A stretch of DNA of 63,929 nucleotides, the filler included, from Elsinoe ampelina (taxonomy: Eukaryota), in NCBI GenBank assembly GCA_010093995.1. It is 3 parts of 3 records of this genome, joined end to end, with 100 filler letters (N's around TTAATTAATTAA, not from the genome) between each part and the next. Parts side by side here need not be neighbours in the genome. Positions count along the whole stretch, not along the records: positions 31,389 to 60,805 come from ML992554.1; 2 more parts are not named here. One strand, 5' to 3'. How positions within the stretch are numbered: position 1 is the stretch's first letter; every line of letters begins with the position of its first letter. Positions 49,674 through 60,905 of the stretch are shown here, in pieces. The translations under genes were made by a program, and so were the position numbers. A model generated the notes under the pieces. The model saw only the letters and a program-made list of their open reading frames with translations. It searched no databases and was not told the DNA's origin.

Positions 49674-51383
49674 TCACTGCGGCGGTGGTTGTTGTCCTCC
49701 TTGAGCCATTGCCGAATACCACATGGCAATGTAGTTGTTGTATCCACCATAGGCGGCATATGGGTCAGCAGCAGCATTGGGGTCAGCGGTGGGAGGAGCA
49801 CCAGCAGGTGGCATCGCAGGCGCTCCATATCCCTGCACTGGTTGGGCATACGGCGGCATCTGCTGTGGCGGCTGACTGAACCCATTGTCACGATTACGTC
49901 CTCCTCCGCCACCACCGCCACCGCCGCGTCCGCTGTCACGTTGTTGCTTAAAGTGGTCAGTGAATGGATCCGAATATCGTCGTCGAACAACACTTACCAC
50001 AGTATCTACTTTTTCGAAGATGGCACGCTTGGCCGCCTCAGTGGCCTGGCGTGACCCTACCAGATCGATTTGTCGTTCAATATCGGGATTCCCAGGCTGA
50101 GTGACGTTGATCTTGCATCCAGTCCTGCTTTGCATCTCCTTGATGGACTCACCACCCTTGCCGATGATCATGCCGACCGCTTCGGATGGAACTTGAATGC
50201 TCTCGGTGATCTTCTCGTCTTCGTAACCTCCCCTACCTCCACCTCCTCCGTACGGATCCATGGCCGGTGGTCCTGCATTGCGATTGGTGCGTTCACCTTG
50301 GCCCTGAGATCGTTCGTCGCTATCGACAATTTCCCAGATGATGGCCTCAGCTTTGTCGGCCGCCTCGCGGGTGCCGATGAGATTGACCGGACGCCTTCCA
50401 TTGATGCTCTTGTTCTCGCCAACGATATTGACATGGCATCCGCTGCGGTCCTGTAGATCGCGGATAGTCTCACCACCGCGGCCGATGATCAGTCCAACAG
50501 TCTTGTCAGGGACGAGGATTTGTCTCGCTTGTTCACCTTCACGCGGGACTGGAGGGCCACTCATGCTCCCACCTCCTCGACTGGGGGGCTGACTTGGTCG
50601 TGCACCAACGCGATTTTCAAGTCCGGCTGGCACAGTCCCCCCATTATCCTCAATCGTCTGGAAGATCTCTCTCTTTGCTGCGTCGACTTGTCGCCTGGTT
50701 CCGGAAATGGTGCACTGTCGTTGAGAGGCGCCTGTTGTACTTGCTGGGATGAATTGTACTCGCGCACCAGTCTCGCTCTCGACGCGTCGGAGGTTCTCAC
50801 CGCCACGACCAATAATCAAGCCGACCAGTGCAGACTTGACAGTGATTGTCTCGGAGTCCTTGTCGCCTCCGCCTCCTCCACCTCCGCCGCCGGGTCCACC
50901 ATATGACTGATTGCGATTGGGAGAGCGCGACCTGTCGCGACCGTATCCGCCGCCACCGCCACCTCCTCTGCGATCTTCACCGCGTCTCTCATCGCGGTAC
51001 GGGTTGTAGTTGTCGCGGAACGCATCTCTTCTCTGCGGCGAGCGCGATCTATCACGATCGTGACCGTAGCCACGCCCCGGTGGTGGTGGTGGTCCGCCAA
51101 TGTTCTTGTCCGCGGCGATGCTGCGTGCTTTGGCGATAGCTTCAGCGATGCTGACAGATCCTGTGCTTACTGGTCGCACTGAGCTGAGGTCGACACTTCC
51201 GGAGCCTGTTGGCTGTGGGAGAGCAAATCCGCCTAAAGAGGGAGTCCCTGCCTGAGGGAGGGCAGGTGGGTAGCCTACGGGAAGTCCTGCAGGAGGAGGT
51301 GGGGCTTGTGAAGGTGTGCCACCGGGGCGATTCTGAGCTGCCAGCGCTGCCAGGATGGCATTGATGTCGGGCGCTTGCGCCAT
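49674..51383 (-). CDS. Three-KH-domain RNA/ssDNA-binding protein (FUBP/KSRP-like)
   Basis: Three VG(L/M)IIG(R/K)GGE KH motifs, RS/RG-rich N-terminus and Tyr-rich DPYAAYGGYNNY.AMW tail. In-frame intron 49947-49997. Confidence 0.92.
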   Translation of the reverse strand: MAQAPDINAILAALAAQNRPGGTPSQAPPPPAGLPVGYPPALPQAGTPSLGGFALPQPTGSGSVDLSSVRPVSTGSVSIAEAIAKARSIAADKNIGGPPPPPGRGYGHDRDRSRSPQRRDAFRDNYNPYRDERRGEDRRGGGGGGGYGRDRSRSPNRNQSYGGPGGGGGGGGGDKDSETITVKSALVGLIIGRGGENLRRVESETGARVQFIPASTTGASQRQCTISGTRRQVDAAKREIFQTIEDNGGTVPAGLENRVGARPSQPPSRGGGSMSGPPVPREGEQARQILVPDKTVGLIIGRGGETIRDLQDRSGCHVNIVGENKSINGRRPVNLIGTREAADKAEAIIWEIVDSDERSQGQGERTNRNAGPPAMDPYGGGGGRGGYEDEKITESIQVPSEAVGMIIGKGGESIKEMQSRTGCKINVTQPGNPDIERQIDLVGSRQATEAAKRAIFEKVDTVVSVVRRRYSDPFTDHFKQQRDSGRGGGGGGGGGRNRDNGFSQPPQQMPPYAQPVQGYGAPAMPPAGAPPTADPNAAADPYAAYGGYNNYIAMWYSAMAQGGQQPPPQ

Positions 51384-51986
51384 AGTTCACGCGCGAGTGA
51401 GCTCGAATAGCGCGACGACCGTTGATCAAGGAATTGAGTCTATCGTGACGAGGATCTTGAATGGTGCTAGAAGGCGTGAGGTATCGATAATCCCGAGGTA
51501 TGAGCTCGAGTTCTTTTTGCGCTGAGGTAAAGGTGAGGTGGCAGGAATTGCGAAAAGTGAAAGCATGCGACGCAAATGCCAAGGCTCGCTTGCGGCGGAA
51601 ATGCACATCGAATCCGCGCTAGTAAAGTCAATTTTGGGAGCCTCGGTATCCGTCGTGAACATGGCTTCACCTTTTTTCATTGTCACCCTACAGTTCCAAG
51701 TCACCTCCAATTGACCAAGGCTTTGAAGACATGAGCTAAGCAAGTCGTTTCGTACTTGCATGAGAGACGAAACGACTAGCACATGGGGTACGCCACTAGG
51801 CAATCGGCTCCTCATCACATGCCGCATCGCATCACGAAGGTCTCCTCGGAGAGTTGACTGGGGCATATCTATTCTTGTATACCGATGCGGGGTCGCACAC
51901 CGGAGCACCGCCGAGCATCCAGCGTTCTCTACCCAAAACTGTCCCTCAACGACGATGTCGGCTACGATCAGGGCAAGACCCAACCA

Positions 51987-54163
51987 TCAGCTCCTCGGCG
52001 CCCCGAGTGTCTTCGCATCTGCCACCACCGCCCGCGTGATCTTCTTGATCTGAACCTTGTTTTCCTGCTCCCTGTATGGTGTCCAATGATCGGTCCCATC
52101 ACGAGCTCCAATGGAAAGAGTCTCATACCCATCCTTGATGATTTTCATCACGTCCTTCGGGGAGACATTCTTCTTGTTCCCACCTGCTTTGTCAAATGCC
52201 TCAGTAAAGTGTACTCCAGCTCCGATCAAGGTGTCGATATTGGAAGCGACAGAGGACTGGCTGAGGTTGTAGACGTCTCGGAGACGCTGAAGCGGGTCAT
52301 TGGACTCCACAACCTTGTAGAACAGATCGTCGAGGGAAGCAGTGTCGGGCAAGAAGACCTCTCCTTGCGTCAGACACAATGTGATGACGTTCACTAGGCT
52401 GTGTACCACTTCTTCGATACCCGCAATGCCTCGAAGCTGATCTTTGTACTGCGACAAGAAACGGACAAAGGACAACAGCGACCTCCACAACTCAGGCCAG
52501 TGGTACTCTAGCCTTGTTCGACTTCTGTTCAAATATGAGAGAATCCGTACCATGAGTCCGATCGTCTGGTAGTAGAGATTGACATCCAGCTTAGTCCGTA
52601 GATTGTGATTCAGGCAATCCATCGCCACATCAAGCAGGATAGCAGCGTACGGCCGAGCAGCTTTTGTCAGGGGCAGATGTGGTTGTCGCTGGCGGCAAAG
52701 CCGGATATCGTTTGTCACTTCGGCAAGCTTTTTGACCACAGCTGCGTCTTCGACAAGAATTCGTAGGATGAGTAGCACGAGGTGGGAGTATAGTGCTGTC
52801 CGCGATGACCGGTAGGCATGTTGTAGAAGGTACGAGGATAACGAGCAGAGCTCTCCAAACCCAGTGATCGTGTTTTCCCTACCTTTGGCTTCGCTGACGA
52901 ATTGTAATGCAAACATCTTGTTGTGGTTTGTGAAGTCATAAAGGGCCAATAGCATCGCTGCTTCGGCCAGAGGTCTGGAAATGTCAATCTTTGAAGGCGA
53001 CGAGGGCGACATTGGCAATGGAATCACTCACTGTTCAGCGAACAACATCTTCGCTTGATCGTCGGTGGGTGTTGGCGGTGGTGACTTGGTCCCAACCAGG
53101 GATCCCAATCCGACGTAGCCCAGTGTCCCTCCGAATGACCAGCTCTCGGGAATGTCGTTCTGGATGGAGACATAGGCGTCCCGAAGTCTCATACAGCCGC
53201 ATGCGATGGTTTGGTTGATCTTATCCAAGGTCACGTCGTCGGTCAGGCTGTTGATTCGGGCTAAGTAGGGGTTGTGTATTTCGAATTTGTTGCAATTAGC
53301 AAGGACACCGAGCAGAGTGAAGGGTAGTATCCCCTTCTCTGGCTCATCTGCATCAAGAACTAGCTGCGATAATCAGAACCAATAGCGATGCGAAGCTCGT
53401 CCATCTTACCATGGTAATAGCAGGAAAGAGATCTCGTTGGGTGAAGTAGGTGAGCAGGCTGGTGTGGAAGGCGCCTGATATGACCGTCATGGCTACCTGG
53501 ACGGCCATTTGTTGGACGTGTGCTTAATCCTGTAAGTAACGTGACCAAGCAGACCAGATTATGGCAACTCTACCAGTACGACCTTGCATTATCGCTCTAT
53601 CCAGTGCTCCTACCAAGTCGTTGAAAGTTGCGTCGACATGGTCAAGACCTGCCAGAACCTCGATCAGGTCAGAGCTCGGAGCCTGATATCTTTTGGACAG
53701 GACTTTTCCAAAGAAGCATGACAACGTCTGCTCTTGTCAGATTGATTCTTATGCGGGGAAACAAGTCATGTACTTCTAATGCATGCTCGTCCTGAGGCGC
53801 TTCCCCTATCCTGACCGCGGCTACTGCAGACGTCAGAAGCTGCTGTGAATTGTGCTGTAATGACTGTATCAGTAGCCATCGCATGAGTTCAATCGCTAAA
53901 CGCACGTTGTTGTGAAGCAAGTCGTCTCCATCGACCTCGTCCAATATCTGACTCAATCTTGGGACATCCGGCTTGAGCAGGAACAGCTCTCGCCAGAAGC
54001 CATCAAGCTTGTCTTCATCGTCAACTTCCTGGACATCATCAGCAGCAGCTTCATGTAATTTGCAAGAGTCCGACTCCACCTGGAACAATTGACGGTATAA
54101 TTGGACGACCTTTGGCTCAAACACATCCGGTCGTGACTGGAGTGTCAGAGGGGATTGATCCAT
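51987..54163 (-). CDS. ARMH3: Armadillo-like helical domain protein 3 (C10orf76/DUF1741 family)
   Basis: MDQSPLT..RPDVFEPKVVQLY...FWRELFLL, CRQR.P.LP, RLEYHWPELWRSLL, FLP.T..LDDLFYK, IIKDGYETL. Multi-exon; internal junctions only partly resolved. Confidence 0.85.
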
Positions 54164-54460
54164 CACAGCATTTGCCTCTCTCGCTCATCATTCGAACAGG
54201 CCACCTTGACGACCCGTCATTGAGCCATAGACACCAGCAGTGAGTGTTCGAAAGACGAGCGACAGACAGATGAGGTATTGTTAGATCAAGGTTGATAAAA
54301 AAACGATTGTTTCTTCAAGTTTGTGGACAACTTGAGAGAATTTTGGTCTCGTTGGACTGCCACGCAAGCCTATCCACTTCACGGCACGCTGCCACGACCA
54401 CGTCTACATCCTCATTTTGGGACCATTATTTTCTGAAGGTATCACCATAGAGATCTCACA

Positions 54461-55201
54461 ATGTCGCGGTCATCAAAAGTCCTCCTGGTAGGCATCTCAG
54501 GCGTGTCGAGTTCCGGCAAAACAACGCTATCAAGACTCCTACGAGACATCATCCCAGATACATTCATCCTGCACGAAGACGATTTCTACAAGACTGACAC
54601 CGAGATACCGTTCAGCAATGGTGTACAAGACTGGGACTGCCTCGAATCTCTGGATCTACCGGCCATGGAAGCCGCGCTTAGACACATCAAAGAACACGGA
54701 ACGTCGCCTCCTGGACTTGTGAGCAAGGAGGATCGGAACTCAGTCGGGGAGGTGAATATCGATCAGCCCGTCATCCAGAAACTCAAGAAAGAGACCCTTG
54801 AAAGGTCTCAAAACCGTGACGACGTCAAAGTAGCAATTGTGGACGGCTTCCTGCTCTTCGCGGAGGAGATGAAGAACGTGAGAGACCTCTTCGACGTCAA
54901 GCTATTCTTGAGGACAGACTATCAGACAGCAAAAGGGAGGCGGGAGGCGAGGAAGGGCTATGTCACATTGGAGGGCTTCTGGGAGGACCCACCAGGCTAC
55001 GTAGACAAGATCGTGTGGCCAAACTATGTCAAGGACCACGCCTTCCTGTTCGAGGATGGGAACGTGGAGGGAAAGGTCAAAGAGGACCTCTGCGCGAGCT
55101 TGGGCATCGAGGTCATGCCTGACACGGCACAGGGTGATATGACAGCGTGCCTGCAATGGGCTTACGCTTCACTGGACAAGGCAAGGACGAAGCTGAAGTA
55201 G
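54461..55201 (+). CDS. NRK1: Nicotinamide riboside kinase
   Basis: P-loop GISGVSSSGKTT, HEDDFYK, DWDC, VDGFLLF, RREARKGYVTLEGFWEDPPGYVDKIVWPNY. Confidence 0.92.
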   Translation: MSRSSKVLLVGISGVSSSGKTTLSRLLRDIIPDTFILHEDDFYKTDTEIPFSNGVQDWDCLESLDLPAMEAALRHIKEHGTSPPGLVSKEDRNSVGEVNIDQPVIQKLKKETLERSQNRDDVKVAIVDGFLLFAEEMKNVRDLFDVKLFLRTDYQTAKGRREARKGYVTLEGFWEDPPGYVDKIVWPNYVKDHAFLFEDGNVEGKVKEDLCASLGIEVMPDTAQGDMTACLQWAYASLDKARTKLK

Positions 55202-55309
55202 AACGAAACTGGTATTGTTCCTGAACCATAAGACTATTTTCCCACACACCCACACATTCAACGCCGAATATGCAATCGTATATGCATCAATGCGAGACTC
55301 GTATAAAAA

Positions 55310-57100
55310 TCAAACACGGACGAGATCACCGGCCTCGCTTTCGCTGCGCTCGCTGTCACCGACGTCACTTCCGACCTCGCTCCAGCTCCGAGGGGTGTGG
55401 ATCCCGTCGTCGTCGTCAGACATGCTTTCGATATCGACATCTTCGACCTCGACGAGGCTGCCCTCACTTTGAGAGCTGGTATCAGGAAGAGAAGCAAACT
55501 CGTCCGCTTCAGACTCTGTGTGGTAAGCGGTTGAAAGTGCATCTTGGGGAGGGAGACTTGGTGACAGGGTCGCACTGACAGGCGGCGATGGCCGTACTGC
55601 GGCAGGTGCTGGTGGAAAGTTGTCCTCGGTGTGAGCTTGAGGTGTTGCCGGGGCCAGACTACCAGACGGCGATCTCAACGTACCTGTCGGCACATCTGGG
55701 AAATCGTATTTGGTAGAGTCTTGAGTTGGGGATTGAAGGGCAGAGAGGAACTTGGCAATGTCCGGATATTGAGCTCGATTGTTTGACATGGAAGGACCGG
55801 CGCGAGCACCGGTGGGTGCTGGAGTCAAAGAATACAAGTCGTCGTCTTCGCTTCGTTGACGAAACGGATTATTCGACTTTGGTGGTGCGTCATTGTGGGA
55901 TAGGTCGACGAGAGGTCCGACGGAAGAATGCTGATCCCCAGAGGGTGCCTCTCGCGTGGGTGTATCATTTGCGGCCTGGCGTGTTGCCTCCCGTAAACTC
56001 TCCGCAATGGCACGCTCAAAATCTTCCTGCTCGCTAGTAGTTCTTCTGATAGTGCTACGCGCGGCAGCCTCACTCTCAGCCAGGCTGATCGAAAGGGCTC
56101 GGGCTAGCTGTTCGTCGTATGAAAGGTCCTGCGTGGCTTGCTCGGGTAGATCCGATGGAGACTGCTCTGGTGGGTCTTCGACAACATCAGCAGCAGCCTG
56201 TACGGGTGTTATAGCAGGACTTTGAGATCCGATAGCAATCTTGGGCGGGACAGGAGGCTTTGGGGTGACTGATCGATCCTGCAAGTCATCCGACATGGCA
56301 AACTCGTCCGCGAAGGGGTTGCCAAAAGCGTAGCCAGCTTCGAGAGCCCGGACAGCAACTGGAGCCTTGACCGACTCGACGTATGCAGGGACTTCAACTG
56401 GTGACCCGGGAGTGAGGGGAACTCGCTTCTCGTCCATACGCAGAGAGCCATCCTCGTGGATGAGATGGTCGAAGCTACCGACAGAGTTTGACTTCTCCCT
56501 GATCGTCATAGGTTCCTTCTCGTTGATGATACCAGTCTCCATGGTCGATTCGATTTCTGGTGACGGCGCCTGCTCAGACTCTCGCTTCTTCCTCATGTCG
56601 AGGAGCTCTTGATTCCTCTTCGCAAGATACTCTCTGCCCAGACGACGACGCTCTTCGGCATCGATAGGATTACTCGAGCTCTGCCTGTTCATTCTTCGAG
56701 CCGTTGCAGTATCTTCAGTTTCTCGTCCGGTGGCGACAGCTGTGGCGTTGACTATACCCTCTCTCTCCTGTGGAGTCGGCATGAGACCCTCGTATGCAAA
56801 GGCTTCTGCTTCGCGGCGTGTCTGTGGATCCAGTCCTTCGCTGACATTCCGAAGCAGTTCGGCGAGCCTACGGCGTTGTTCCTCCAACCATTCCTTGACT
56901 TCGGGGCTTTGTAGGGCGATGCCAACTGCTGCAGCCAGAGACAAGGAAATTATTATTCCTGTTTGATGTCAGAATCTCGGACATTCGACCAACCATATGA
57001 TCCCTGCAGCGATGCGCCCGCCAGAGTGTCGTCTTCTGGGTGTGCCTATAGGCCAGGCTGCGGGAGGTGGCGACTTACCCTTTACCAGAACGGCGCTCAT
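55310..57100 (-). CDS. N-terminally anchored, disordered protein with tandem ubiquitin-interacting motifs
   Basis: Exon 1 MSAVLVKG (57079-57100), intron 56959-57078, hydrophobic IIISLSLAAAVGIAL. UIM-like YDEQLARALSISLAES and EDFERAIAESLREA. Two NPF motifs. Confidence 0.75.
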
Positions 57101-57476
57101 CTTGTCGTATTTCCTATGGCAGGCTGCTGTCCTACAGTCCAGAGTATGGTGTTAGGAGAACCGAACAGAGCCCTTCGAGTGTTCAGAAATTTCAGAAATT
57201 ATACCAGGTCATGGGAAGAAGCATAGGTATTGGATGCACGAATGATGTTGCCTGGAAGCAAGGTTGACGACGCTGCGGGGCAAATTGTGGCTCGAAGCTT
57301 CGCTCAAGGCGCCTCGAAGCGTGGAGGTGGCGCATGACACACGGAGGAAATGCATTTGTCTCACCAAGTCTGGAGGCAAAAAGGAGACTTCTGGGACAGA
57401 AGAAACCGTGTCTGGTCATTTGCATCTGATCATGCATGCTGTATCTATGTCGATATCATGTCTACTTGCATAAAAT

Positions 57477-59274
57477 TCACCCTTGATGTCCTTCCAACTC
57501 TTTCCGCTTTGCTGATCTTTCTATCCTATCCAATCTGACACACCATAAGCTCCAGCCAATGCCAACAGTGCTCGCGATTAGCGTTACTACATAGGCTTCC
57601 GCATAACAAGCTTTGCCATCTAGGCAGACCCGTTCGGAACCTTCTGGGTGATCGCTATGCGCGTCCAGATTTGCTCCGTAGATTAGATTGAAAATGTTGC
57701 CAGACACAACTGGGGCCATTGTAATCGCGCCCCACGAGATACCAAGTGTCGCAGCACCAAATGCGTCTGCGACCAAGGCTGGATACACCCCGAATAACGC
57801 ACCATATCCCAGCCCAGTGAAGCTTGACAGGAGATATAGCCAATTTGGGTTCTCAATGTTCAACGCCATAATCTGGGCCACGGTGAAAACGCAAGCCGAA
57901 GCGACCAGGCTCCAAAAGCGTGAGCTGTGGTATGATTTTACCATGATGTCAGATCCAATGCCAGATGCGAGACGTCCAAGAAAGGAGCAGACGGACAAGA
58001 CTCCAACGTGCATGAGCTGCTGATCCAAGATGAAGTCGTGGCTGGCTTTTGGATCCCAATGATGCCACAACGTCTTTACATCGTTACCAATATTGCTGGG
58101 ATAGGTTAGCAAACTCTCCTGTTTTGATTCATTGAAGAAGCGACTTACTTTATCGAGCAAAGACCGACACCACACAGCACACTAAGCATAAAGAAGAGCT
58201 TCCAGAAAGTATGGTTCCTGAGTAAGGCAAAGCCTGTCACACCTGAGGACCGTGAGCTGCTTTCTCGATCGGTAGTGTCCTTTCCACCATGATCAATGTC
58301 GCCAGGACCAGATAGCAGCGACGACGTCTCCGAGGTCGCTGCTGACTCGAGGTCTGTTGCAGTAACATGTCGGACGGAATCCAAAACTTTAGCGGAATCG
58401 GACTCACCCTCCTCGGAAGCCGTGTCCTTGAAGTGCTTGCTCTGCCTGGAATCTGTCCTCGAGAGAAGGTTGGAGTCTCGCCTGGCCGTCGCAGCCCGCT
58501 CATCAGACGGTACACTCGTGTACGATGTTCCAGGCGGTAAGAGTCGGAGAAAGAGCATTCCAGCAAACACAGTCGTGAACGTGCCAATGGACAAGAACAG
58601 GAGCAAATGACCAGCATCGCCGGGGAAAGCCAGTTGCTTGATTGTGGTATAGGCAAACGCACTCAAGCCGAACGCACTCAAAGGTATAGCAGTCGCCGTG
58701 CCTCGGTGGTGTGGCCAGTTGGTCGCGCATACTTTGATAGCCCCTGAAAAGGCAGAGCAACTACCAATGCCAGTGAAAAGACTGGCGAGGCAAAGCAGCA
58801 CAAAATTGGTTTGTCCCGGACCTCTGTCGTAGGCGATGTACAGAGGGAAGTAGCCGGCGGCCAGACATATGGATCCAATCAAGACAGCAAGCCGAGGCCC
58901 TCTGCCATCTACCACGAGACCAATCGGTATGCCAGTCGCGTACATGCCCAGATTGCCAGCATTGCCCTACTATGTGTAAGTTGTGGTCCCAAGGGCTCTT
59001 GCCAATGCGTCCTACAATTATGTTACTTTGCGTAGCGGTCAAGTGTAGTCGCTCGGCGAATTGGGGAGCCCATGCTGAGTATGCATACTGTCTCGAGTGT
59101 CAGGACCGATAGTGTGCTGGCATGATGCTTGTCGCATGAAACATACGTTGGTACCACTGGCAAAGATCAGACGTGAATAGCCATCTACTAGAACTATACT
59201 TACCACGAGAGGGCTATCGCAGTCGCCGCGGCGACTGATATGATCCTCGCGACTCGCAGACCGTCGTCTTGCAT
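57477..59274 (-). CDS. MFS transporter, Mch1/nodulin-like family
   Basis: SGTN..Y.AW.P start region, GLVVDGRGPR, NWPHHRGTATAIPLSAFGLSAF, SFLGRLASGIGSD, GYGALFGVYP.LVADAFG. Several introns; start approximate. Confidence 0.85.
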
Positions 59275-59936
59275 GATGCTGTGGACTGAGAGTCGAGGTT
59301 GAACTACCGCATGTCTTGAAGACGAGGGACAAGGTCTCTGCAAGCCAGAAATACGATACAGGAGAAGAAAACACGACTTGAGATAGGAGAGCGGCCAAAA
59401 GATTGTGACGTTTGGAGACGCGGAACACTTTCCTCTTCCAGGGCGCTATCTATCCCACATGCCGAATCCCCGAGCCATTCTCGCGGTCAACTCGGCTTCG
59501 TTGGAGAGACTGTGTCAACCGAGGCATAAGCTGGAGCGCCAAGAAGACCCTGATTCAGTTTATCCTAAGGTTAAACTGAACACTATCTTACCATTTCACT
59601 AATCCATGATCAAATTAGATAATTATTGTCTTAATCTGCTACTATTAAGGAGTTCTTTTAATTTAGCTATCTTTTAGTATACTAGGTTAAGTATTTATAT
59701 AGTTATAATGTACCTTATTTTAGTAGTTTAGGCAGTAATTAATCCTTTTTCCTCTCCTATATAAGTTAATAGTTATAAGCCTAGTATAACTACCCCTATA
59801 TAAGTATATTACTTAGTTACTTTTCTACTCTATTTATTAGTTAATTCTCTACTATCTTACTTTTTAAGTAGGGTGGTTTTTGGGTACCTAATGCAACTCA
59901 ACTAGACCCTGGATTTAGCCTAATAGAGTTATATTA

Positions 59937-60273
59937 CCCTGTAAAAATTTCGCTTCACTTTCGCGTTTCTCGTGATTTACCGCGTTAATCTCGGCTAAAT
60001 CTAGGTAATATATATATCATTAGAATCTACAAAAAATTGCGCACTGAATGGTATATAGTATGCTTACATAATCTAAAAGCTCGATTTTATATAAGTATTT
60101 AAAAAGTTTAGCTTTCTTTCTAAAATTAGAGTTTTATATTATGTAAGCATGCTATATACCATTCAGTGCGCAATCTTTTGTAGATTCTAATGATATATAT
60201 ATTATCTAGATTTAGCCGAGATTAACGCGGTAAATCACGAGAAACGCGAAAGTGAAACGAAATTTTTATAAAG
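59937..60273. mobile_element. Foldback/MITE-like element with about 153-bp inverted arms
   Basis: Left arm 59937-60089 is the reverse complement of right arm 60121-60273, with only about 4 transition mismatches over the ~130-bp core and a ~31-bp loop. A Copia LTR abuts at 60274. Confidence 0.85.
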
Positions 60274-60805
60274 TGTTAAGAATATAGCTCTCTCTAGATA
60301 ATCAGGCCATAAAGTCATATAACCTCAAGTTATGTAATGCTAAGGCCTAGGGATTTATAGCTGTTCTTTCTTCTAGTAGATAGACTCCTTTTAATTAATT
60401 AATTCGTCTATTACCTAATTAGTATATAATTAGTTCTATATAATATTCTACCCCTAAACGTGCCTTCTACTTAATAGGTTATAAGCCCGGAGCTATAGCA
60501 CAAGTATAGGATTATATATACTATAGTTAAGTATCTACGTTATTAAAATTAGACTAGATTCTATTAGTATTCTTCTCTATTTCTTCTCTATTATCTTAAT
60601 CTTAAATAGATTAGTAGAGGCAGTATAAAGCGTAAAAGACTAGTTACTTAGTATATTAAGTAGGACGTATTAAGACGTCTACTATAGATTTATTTCTATA
60701 ATTATATAATAGCTACTATTTATTAGCTATAAATAACTAAACAATATTTGTTTTATTACTATTTTCTCTCTTAAGATTAAGTACCTATAGATCTTATTAA
60801 TAATT
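60274..60805 (+). mobile_element. RIP-inactivated Copia family B, 5' LTR (60274-60476) + PBS + leader
   Basis: 203-bp LTR TGTTAAG...CTTAATA followed by PBS GGTTATAAGCCCGG (60477-60490). Matches 31389-31857 and 62134-62335. Confidence 0.88.
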
Positions 60806-60905
60806 NNNNNNNNNNNNNNNNNNNNNNNNNNNNNNNNNNNNNNNNNNNNTTAATTAATTAANNNNNNNNNNNNNNNNNNNNNNNNNNNNNNNNNNNNNNN
60901 NNNNN
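60806..60905. other. Artificial contig-join spacer
   Basis: 44 N + TTAATTAATTAA + 44 N. Confidence 0.95.

Noticed and set aside
31389..60805. Starship or composite giant transposon
   Set aside because: No DUF3435 tyrosine recombinase. The content is core housekeeping genes and the flanking repeats are independent Copia 5' ends.
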